A DNA stretch of 64,000 nt, from IMG/VR virus record IMGVR_UViG_3300020179_000026, positions 1,990 to 65,989 of that record; one strand, given 5' to 3'. Position numbers and translations under genes: made by a program. A model generated the notes under the pieces. It saw only the letters and a list, made by a program, of their open reading frames with translations. It was not told the DNA's origin and did not search any database. The DNA comes from a virus (taxonomy: Duplodnaviria > Caudoviricetes). Below, in pieces: positions 57,284-64,000 of this stretch; positions within the stretch are counted from its first letter, which is position 1; each line of letters opens with the position of its first letter.

Positions 57284-58798
57284 ATGGACCGGGACAAGTA
57301 TTTCGACATGGGCATGCAGTTCATGGGATATGGTAATTTTGAAAAAGCCATCAAATATTTTGAAAAATGCTTGGATCTTTATGAAACCAAGCAACACAAG
57401 GCATTGTGTTTGAATGCTCTGGGTAACGCTTTGGAACGGGATGAACAAACCAAAAAAGCCGAAGAAACTTACAAAAAAGCCATTGAGATGGATCCGGATC
57501 AAAAATTATTTTATAATAATCTTTTCAACCTGAACAAGTTTCAACGCAAAAACAAAGAAGCACTGAAAACTTTTGAAAAGCATCTTTACAACCCCGAAGA
57601 TCCCCAACAAAAAATCATGCTGGCCGAGCTTTACACCAACGTGGCCCGATATGAGGATGCATATGCTGTTTACCTGGATTTGATCAAACAGTTTCCTTCA
57701 GAGGTGTCATTTTACTGGAAAATAGCACTCAGCTGCAACAGTGTTGGCAAAAATGATGAAGCCATCATATGGGTTAAAAAGGGTCAACAAATAGAGCCGG
57801 AAAACCATCATTGCAATATTGCGTTGGGCATTGCCCAGCTTTTCAACAAACAGATTCTGCAAGCCAAAAAAACTTTTGAGGGGCTTAAAATTGATCTTTT
57901 CAGCAAGAAATGGTATTTGGCATACATCACATTTTTGCACAAAAATTATACCGAGGCGTGGAGAAATTATGAAGTGCGAAACGAGGGTGTATGGGCCGTA
58001 AAACCTCTTCGCATGAAGCCCATATGGGACGGCACACCCATGCCAGACAAGACCATACTGGTGGCGGCCGAGCAGGGATTGGGTGACAATGTGATGGCAG
58101 CCCGATGGCTGCATCTTCTCAAAAACCATTTCAAGCATGTGAAATACTGGTGCAATCCCCGGATCTATGACACCATGCTGCATCTGAAACAAAAAACCCA
58201 AATCATACAAAGTGCATCAGATGCCACGGATTTTGATGTGTGGCTTCCCATCATGAGCATTCCCCAGCGATTGGGTCTGACCAACGATGACATGTTGAAT
58301 GACGATCCTTATCTGATTGTGGAACCCAAAAAGTTGCCCGGTCCCAAGAAGAAAATAGGCATTTGCTGGGCAGGTAGCAACAACCACCAATACAACCGTT
58401 ATCGCACTATTTTTGAAAAGGATTATGATCTGCTTCGCGGGCTCATAGAGAAAAACAACCGCTTTGAATGGTTTTCCCTTATCAAAGATGAATATGAGGA
58501 TGACAATGTTAAACTGGGGATTGAAAACCCTGTGAAAAACTTCAAAAATGTGTATGAAACTGCCCAGTTGATCAAAGGATTGGATCTGGTGATCAGCATT
58601 GACACATTGCAAGCACATCTGGCCGGAGCCATGAAAGTGCCCACCATACTCATGCTTCCATGGTTTCCAGAATGGCGATGGGGATTGGAAGGAGAAACAA
58701 CCGTGTGGTATCCCAGTGTTCACATCATTCGCCAACAAAAAGCATTTGATTGGAAAGGTGTGATTGACCGGGTCGATGAAAGGTTACAAACACTATGA
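57284..58798 (+). CDS. TPR-repeat protein fused to a GT9-like glycosyltransferase (start revised to MDRDKYF)
   Basis: N-terminal TPRs; EQGLGD, IGICWAGS, LDLVISIDT..AHLAGAM, WRWG, WYPS; TAAATA at 57270-57275. Confidence 0.88.
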   Translation: MDRDKYFDMGMQFMGYGNFEKAIKYFEKCLDLYETKQHKALCLNALGNALERDEQTKKAEETYKKAIEMDPDQKLFYNNLFNLNKFQRKNKEALKTFEKHLYNPEDPQQKIMLAELYTNVARYEDAYAVYLDLIKQFPSEVSFYWKIALSCNSVGKNDEAIIWVKKGQQIEPENHHCNIALGIAQLFNKQILQAKKTFEGLKIDLFSKKWYLAYITFLHKNYTEAWRNYEVRNEGVWAVKPLRMKPIWDGTPMPDKTILVAAEQGLGDNVMAARWLHLLKNHFKHVKYWCNPRIYDTMLHLKQKTQIIQSASDATDFDVWLPIMSIPQRLGLTNDDMLNDDPYLIVEPKKLPGPKKKIGICWAGSNNHQYNRYRTIFEKDYDLLRGLIEKNNRFEWFSLIKDEYEDDNVKLGIENPVKNFKNVYETAQLIKGLDLVISIDTLQAHLAGAMKVPTILMLPWFPEWRWGLEGETTVWYPSVHIIRQQKAFDWKGVIDRVDERLQTL

Positions 58799-59478
58799 AA
58801 ACAGCCGCAGTGGTGGTCAGCTATAAAAACCCGGAACAGACTGAAAAATGCATAAATCTGTTAAAAGATATTGAAATTTATCATCACGATAACAGCAAGG
58901 AAAATCTGGGATTCACCAAGGCATACAATAAAGGAATAAGATATTTGATATTTGAGCAAAGATGCAAATATGTTTTGGTTATCAACAGTGATTGCTATGT
59001 GCATGATCGTTTCATACAAAATCTTGAGCTTTTCATGGACATGAATCCAAAGTGTGGAATTGCCGGAGTTAAACAAATTGCATCAGATGGTGACACTATT
59101 GTTCATGCCGGATGCAGTCAGGCATATCCTTATGGTGTTCATATCACCGGAAAAGTCAGTTTGGGCATGCATAACGAAAGCACCATGGTTCCGTGGATCA
59201 ACGGAGCATGTTTCGTTGTTCGCCGGGAAATGGTAGAAGATATTGGACTCATGGATGAAAACCTGTTTCTGATCGGTTCTGACAGCGATTGGTGTTTCAC
59301 GGCCCGTGCCCGAGGATGGGAAGTTTGGTATTGTGCCCAAGCCACCTGCACTCATGATGGTGGAGTTAGTAAAAAACCACATAACGAAGAATTTGAAGAT
59401 ATCATGTATCTGGATATGAAATACTGGGAAAGTAAGTGGGTCACAGGAGATTTGTATAAACGTTTATGCGCTTCCTGA
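58795..59478 (+). CDS. glycosyltransferase family 2
   Basis: NLGFTKAYNKG, INSD, GACFVVR, G.MDENLF...SDSDWC. Confidence 0.9.
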   Translation: MKTAAVVVSYKNPEQTEKCINLLKDIEIYHHDNSKENLGFTKAYNKGIRYLIFEQRCKYVLVINSDCYVHDRFIQNLELFMDMNPKCGIAGVKQIASDGDTIVHAGCSQAYPYGVHITGKVSLGMHNESTMVPWINGACFVVRREMVEDIGLMDENLFLIGSDSDWCFTARARGWEVWYCAQATCTHDGGVSKKPHNEEFEDIMYLDMKYWESKWVTGDLYKRLCAS

Positions 59479-60866
59479 TGTTCAATCATCATCAGGATTG
59501 TCTTCTTTATCTGTGGAAGGCATTCCAGCAACTGGAAATAGAAACTCACGTGGCGTCCGGTGAACTTGCCAAACAACTTGGATTTCCTCCAGGAGGAATA
59601 AGCGGAAACAGATTCCGGATAGCCAACGAATATTTCACACCTGAACAGGTGTATCCAGATTTTAAAAACCTGATTTTTTCAAACGATTGGTCAGGATACG
59701 ACAAATATGTGTCGATCATTCCCAATGATCTTTTCGGGAACAAAACCTGGTGGGATTGCCAGATGCAAGCAGAATTAAAAGCTTTTGGTCATTTGAACAT
59801 TTTGAAAACTTGTAATCATCCAGACGCCAAAAAATTTGGTTTTCAGTTTTGTCCAAATTGGGTGCCACATCAGCCAGAATTGCGTCAGAAAAAATACATA
59901 ACCCAAATCATATCTCTTCCGGCCATGGTGGAGGAAACAGGCGAATTGATGCATTTAAAATATAACGGATATGACGTGAAAATAGTGGGTTCCCAACTTT
60001 GTCCAGATGGTTTTGAGCGGGATTATGATCTTTTGCCGTACACCTCGCTTTTGGTTCACAACAAGAAAGTGGGGATTAATTGCTATGCCGTATGCAAAGC
60101 TTTGGATACGGGCATTCCTGTTTACATGGAAAGGAGCACCAAGGAACTGATAGGATTTGGTGATCTTCCAGACGAATTGTTCATTTTCAAAGAGGACATG
60201 AGCATACAGGAAGCTTTTAAGAAAAGCCAAAGCATGGATAATAACAAAATCCGGGAAATCTATCGCAGCATCTATACACTGGATCGAACAGTAACAGCAG
60301 TTAAAGATTTGATTTCCAAAGCAACTTTTGCACCTCCAACAATTCAGGAATATCACACAATCAATTGCAGTATTCCCAGTGACATTAATCAACATTTGCC
60401 GATATTGTTAGAATATGCAAAGAAATGCGATACCATATGTGAAATGGGCGTGAGAAAAGGGATAAGCACCTGGACATTTCTGCATGCTCGACCCAAAAAG
60501 CTTGTTTCATATGATATTGAATATTCACCGGATCTGGAACAGCATAAAAAATACGCAAAAAATGAAAACATTGATTATGAATACAGGGTTTCCGATGTAT
60601 TAAAAACAGAGATTGATGAATATGATTTTGTTTTTATTGACACTTGGCACACCTATTCTCAACTAAAGGAGGAATTGAAATTACATGCACAAAAAGCCCG
60701 CAAATATCTGGGATTTCATGATGTTTTCACATTTGGTCATACCGGTGAGGACGGTAAGGATCTGGGACTTGTTCCGGCCATTATGGAATTTCTGCAAAAT
60801 AACAAGGAATGGAAAATCAGCCATTACACACATCAAAACAACGGACTTTTGATACTGGAAAAATGA
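59466..60866 (+). CDS. putative glycosyltransferase-like domain fused to a class I SAM methyltransferase
   Basis: C-terminal CEMGVRKGIST, DFVFIDTWHTY, FHD, NNGL; N-terminal GT-B-like ALDTGIPV (weaker). Confidence 0.75.
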   Translation: MRFLMFNHHQDCLLYLWKAFQQLEIETHVASGELAKQLGFPPGGISGNRFRIANEYFTPEQVYPDFKNLIFSNDWSGYDKYVSIIPNDLFGNKTWWDCQMQAELKAFGHLNILKTCNHPDAKKFGFQFCPNWVPHQPELRQKKYITQIISLPAMVEETGELMHLKYNGYDVKIVGSQLCPDGFERDYDLLPYTSLLVHNKKVGINCYAVCKALDTGIPVYMERSTKELIGFGDLPDELFIFKEDMSIQEAFKKSQSMDNNKIREIYRSIYTLDRTVTAVKDLISKATFAPPTIQEYHTINCSIPSDINQHLPILLEYAKKCDTICEMGVRKGISTWTFLHARPKKLVSYDIEYSPDLEQHKKYAKNENIDYEYRVSDVLKTEIDEYDFVFIDTWHTYSQLKEELKLHAQKARKYLGFHDVFTFGHTGEDGKDLGLVPAIMEFLQNNKEWKISHYTHQNNGLLILEK

Positions 60867-62314
60867 AAATCATAGACGCATTCACATTCAACAATGAACT
60901 GGATCTTTTGGAAATCCGGCTACACGAACTGAACGATGTGGTGGATCATTTTGTGCTTAGTGAAAGTACGGTTACCCACGCCAATAAACCAAAACCACTA
61001 TATTTTAGTGCTAATCGGGAACGGTTTCGCCCGTTTTTACATAAAATTGATCTGGTTATTTTTGATGATATAAAGAATCCAAGTAGCTGGGGGGTTGAAA
61101 ACGACCATCGCCGCAGCTTGAGTGAAAAGATACCGGTTAATCTTCGGGACGATGACATCATTCTGCTTTCGGATGTGGATGAAATACCCCGGAAACAATC
61201 AATTCTGGATTTGAAACAATTACCGGAAAATGCATTTCCCCATACTCTTTGTTTTAACATGTATAGTGGAAGTTTTCATAACAAGGTTGTTGAACCGGCC
61301 AATCTCCTGCAAAACGACAGTACCGTTGCACTTAAATTTTTTCAATATCGCCAAAACAATGACTTTCAATATTACCGGGATGAAAGATCCAAAAGCTATC
61401 CCCGAATGAATGATGCGGGTTGGCATTTTACCAGCATGGGCGGGCCAAAAAACGTGCGAAAGAAAATATATAGCTTTGCCCATGATGAATATCGTAATTC
61501 TGGATTGGATTTCAGTGAGGATGGCATAAAAGAACGCATACAAAATGGACAGGATCTGTTTCTGCGTCCGGGTTATAAAACAGAGAAAGTGGGGATAGAC
61601 AGCAGTTTTCCAGAATATTTGGTAAAAAACAAGGAAAAATACAGTTCCCTTATAAACGGTGAAGACAAAGAACAAGAATTGGTATTAAATGAAAGCTATC
61701 CGCTTTTGCAGCATATGCTTTACAGCATGAAAAATGCCGATTATCAAAGCTCTAAAATAGATGGCGAATACATAGATCTAAAAGTGGATGGTATGACTTG
61801 TTCTGCCACCAAGCATCTGGCCAATAATCTGGCCAGTTTATACAAATGCAATTATCTGGAAGTGGGTGTTTATAAAGGGGCCACCTTTATTGCCGGATTA
61901 TGGAAAAACAATCCCAATCTTTATGTCGGAGTGGACAATTGGAGTGAATATGGCGGCAAAGATGAATTTTTACAAAAATTAAAAAGTGCAAATAAAGATA
62001 GCATAGTGATAGATCAGGATAGTTTTTCAGAAGGAATATTGAATAATCTGAATGCAAAATTTGATGTGTATTTTTATGATGGTTGCCATTCACGGGAAGC
62101 TCAAAAACTGGCCCTTACGCATTATAAACAATACATGAAAAAATATTTTATATATTATTGTGATGACTATTGCAACAGCATGGATGTGGTATTTGGAACC
62201 ATGGAAGGCGTAACTGAGGCAGGATTTGAGATAATTTATGACAAAATCCTGTTACCCCGAAACAAAGACACTTGGCGAAATGGGATTTACGTGGCTTTGC
62301 TTAAACAGGCTTAG
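60863..62314 (+). CDS. GT17-like GlcNAc transferase fused to a class I SAM methyltransferase (start revised to MKIIDAF)
   Basis: FNNELDLLEIRL.EL..VVD.FV..ES, SDVDEIP, GWHFT (GT17); YLEVGVYKG, YFYDGCH, DD (MTase). Confidence 0.85.
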   Translation: MKIIDAFTFNNELDLLEIRLHELNDVVDHFVLSESTVTHANKPKPLYFSANRERFRPFLHKIDLVIFDDIKNPSSWGVENDHRRSLSEKIPVNLRDDDIILLSDVDEIPRKQSILDLKQLPENAFPHTLCFNMYSGSFHNKVVEPANLLQNDSTVALKFFQYRQNNDFQYYRDERSKSYPRMNDAGWHFTSMGGPKNVRKKIYSFAHDEYRNSGLDFSEDGIKERIQNGQDLFLRPGYKTEKVGIDSSFPEYLVKNKEKYSSLINGEDKEQELVLNESYPLLQHMLYSMKNADYQSSKIDGEYIDLKVDGMTCSATKHLANNLASLYKCNYLEVGVYKGATFIAGLWKNNPNLYVGVDNWSEYGGKDEFLQKLKSANKDSIVIDQDSFSEGILNNLNAKFDVYFYDGCHSREAQKLALTHYKQYMKKYFIYYCDDYCNSMDVVFGTMEGVTEAGFEIIYDKILLPRNKDTWRNGIYVALLKQA

Positions 62315-62675
62315 TGGGCCAAATAATAAGGCGAGGATCAGCGGCATAGGTCTGAGGAATGTCCCGAAGATTCTGACGATAGGTTACCCATTCTGTATTA
62401 TTAGCCAGATCCACATCCCGGAATTGTGTCCAATCACTTTCAGATAATAGACCATTACGCTTGGTTTTAACATCCGCCCAATAAGCGGCCAGACGGGTCG
62501 GATCTTGTGTAAGCTGGGTAACAATCGCTTTGCCTTCTGCAACCTGTTGGTTTACATATTGTTCCCATGTTTGATCGTTACTACTAAAAGGATTATAGGG
62601 TTGATCTTTGCGCATGCGACAAATCACCACATCACCGGTTTCATAGTAACTGCCATAATCTATGTAATTTGTCAT
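62301..62675 (-). CDS. tail fibre assembly chaperone
   Basis: RNGLLSESDWTQ..D...W..YRQNLRDIPQ...WPTKP. Confidence 0.85.
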   Translation of the reverse strand: MTNYIDYGSYYETGDVVICRMRKDQPYNPFSSNDQTWEQYVNQQVAEGKAIVTQLTQDPTRLAAYWADVKTKRNGLLSESDWTQFRDVDLANNTEWVTYRQNLRDIPQTYAADPRLIIWPTKPV

Positions 62676-62691
62676 ATAATATATTTATTCT

Positions 62692-63969
62692 TTATGCATT
62701 GTTCAAAAGAGGACTGGTACAAAGATTTATATTAAAATTATTGTTAAATCCGGGATTCATGATCAATCCACTAGAAGCATTAAGGGGTATAAAATACACT
62801 TTTCCATTGGGGTGGTTTATGTGAAGTCCATACGGAGAGCTTCCCCCTACTGACGGTACCCGCAGAGTTGTTACTGAAACATCATCTGGATCAATCAATG
62901 CAATAAGTGTTTGTGAGCCGCTGCTTGTGAATATTTTTCCGTTTGCAATTTTTGTGGGAAATTGACAACCATTAAGCCCTCCACTTGAGTAAGTGCTTAT
63001 GGCAAAATTATTGTCTGGATCCACAACTCCGATAACATTTCCGTTGTTAGGAACGAGAAATATTTTACCGTTAAACGCTTGTTCTGAAAGAAAAGTACCA
63101 GAAATTATGGATGTGTCGGCTATGGCATAGCTGCTGACTGTGTCATTAGTAGGGTCTACTACCCGAAACAATGTTATGCCATATCCCGGGAGCGGATTGT
63201 TAAAAACTTTTCCATCTTTTAAGGTTATGGGTCTTGCATATCCCCCTGTTGAAGGAAGAGAAATGCTGCTTATGGTATCATTGGCTGGATTAATAACAAA
63301 TATGAAATTGTTAACATTCGCCGGAAAACAATATATTTTTCCGCTACTTCCTAGTGCTCCCCCGGCACATTTGTCATTTCCTCCGGGTCCGATTATGCTG
63401 GAAACAGTATTGTTGCTTGGATCCAAAATGGTTACGGCGGTTGCATTATCCGGTATAATATATATTTTACCGTTGGGGGCCAATATTCCTCCTTGATTTT
63501 TTCCTGCAGCACCAGCTTGTACCGGACCAAATGTGCCTATGCTGTTGTTTACTGGATCCAAAACTATTCCAACGGCTGCAGTGTAAGGAGCAAAATAAAT
63601 TTTACCGTTGGGGGCAATTGTGCCACCTGTATACGCACTTGTTCCGGGAAAAACACCGGATCCGTAAGTTTCGAATGTGGCAGCACTGATGCTTATGTTG
63701 CGATTGCTAAACGACAATCCCTGAACATGGGCAGTAACAGCTGAAAAATTAGAATATATGCCACCATTTGTCCATCCCGGCACCCGCATGTGCAAAAACT
63801 GGTTGATTTGTTCCGGATTGCCGGTGCCGCTGCTGGTGCGACCCAGAAACCGGCTGTCCCCTAATTGCTGAATCTTATCTGTTGTGACGCTGTTTTCCGC
63901 CAATTTGACGGTGGTCAGACCCAAATTGCGTCTCATCTTGGCAGCGGATAATGCAGGGGTTGTTGGCAT
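62692..63969 (-). CDS. tail fibre/appendage protein with beta-propeller repeats
   Basis: Repeated GG.LAPNGKIY..P...V.DP.N.T units; upstream of a fibre chaperone; TAAATA 5 nt upstream. Confidence 0.75.
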   Translation of the reverse strand: MPTTPALSAAKMRRNLGLTTVKLAENSVTTDKIQQLGDSRFLGRTSSGTGNPEQINQFLHMRVPGWTNGGIYSNFSAVTAHVQGLSFSNRNISISAATFETYGSGVFPGTSAYTGGTIAPNGKIYFAPYTAAVGIVLDPVNNSIGTFGPVQAGAAGKNQGGILAPNGKIYIIPDNATAVTILDPSNNTVSSIIGPGGNDKCAGGALGSSGKIYCFPANVNNFIFVINPANDTISSISLPSTGGYARPITLKDGKVFNNPLPGYGITLFRVVDPTNDTVSSYAIADTSIISGTFLSEQAFNGKIFLVPNNGNVIGVVDPDNNFAISTYSSGGLNGCQFPTKIANGKIFTSSGSQTLIALIDPDDVSVTTLRVPSVGGSSPYGLHINHPNGKVYFIPLNASSGLIMNPGFNNNFNINLCTSPLLNNA

Positions 63970-64000
63970 AGGATTATTTAATATTTGTTATAATTTGTTG

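Noticed and set aside
1-64000. Stop-codon reassignment (TAG looks rare as a stop)
   Set aside because: Conserved genes are full length under code 11, TAA and TGA both terminate genes, and no fragmentation at TAG is seen

Overview
The window is a densely coding, AT-rich fragment of a large T4-like myovirus genome. It holds a divergent, rearranged virion morphogenesis region: head (gp23, gp22, gp21, a gp67-like ORF, gp4), neck (gp13, gp14), terminase (gp17, probable gp16), tail (gp18, gp19, gp3) and baseplate (gp5, gp6, gp25, gp26, gp51, gp53, probable gp27/gp48/gp54, tape measure). It also holds about 15 kb of large lectin/beta-propeller/LamG/PKD appendage genes, two isolated replication genes (gp44, gp61), four adjacent peptidoglycan-hydrolase genes and a glycosyltransferase/methyltransferase cluster. 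No portal (gp20), tRNA, rRNA, CRISPR array, intron or intein was recognised. The main unexplained patterns are: (1) a T4-late-type TAAATA box mostly 5-8 nt before the start codon of over 20 genes with no Shine-Dalgarno, suggesting leaderless late mRNAs; (2) a recurrent hydrophobic-Ser-(Ala/Gly/Ser) motif in virion proteins alongside late-promoter glycosyltransferases, suggesting a phage-encoded virion glycosylation system; (3) a CHAP domain nested inside a 3D domain; (4) a shared Cys-bounded C-terminal module on three appendage proteins; (5) capsid-targeting-like N-termini on several proteins, including a cell-wall hydrolase. All family calls come from motif recognition by eye; no database search or statistics were run.
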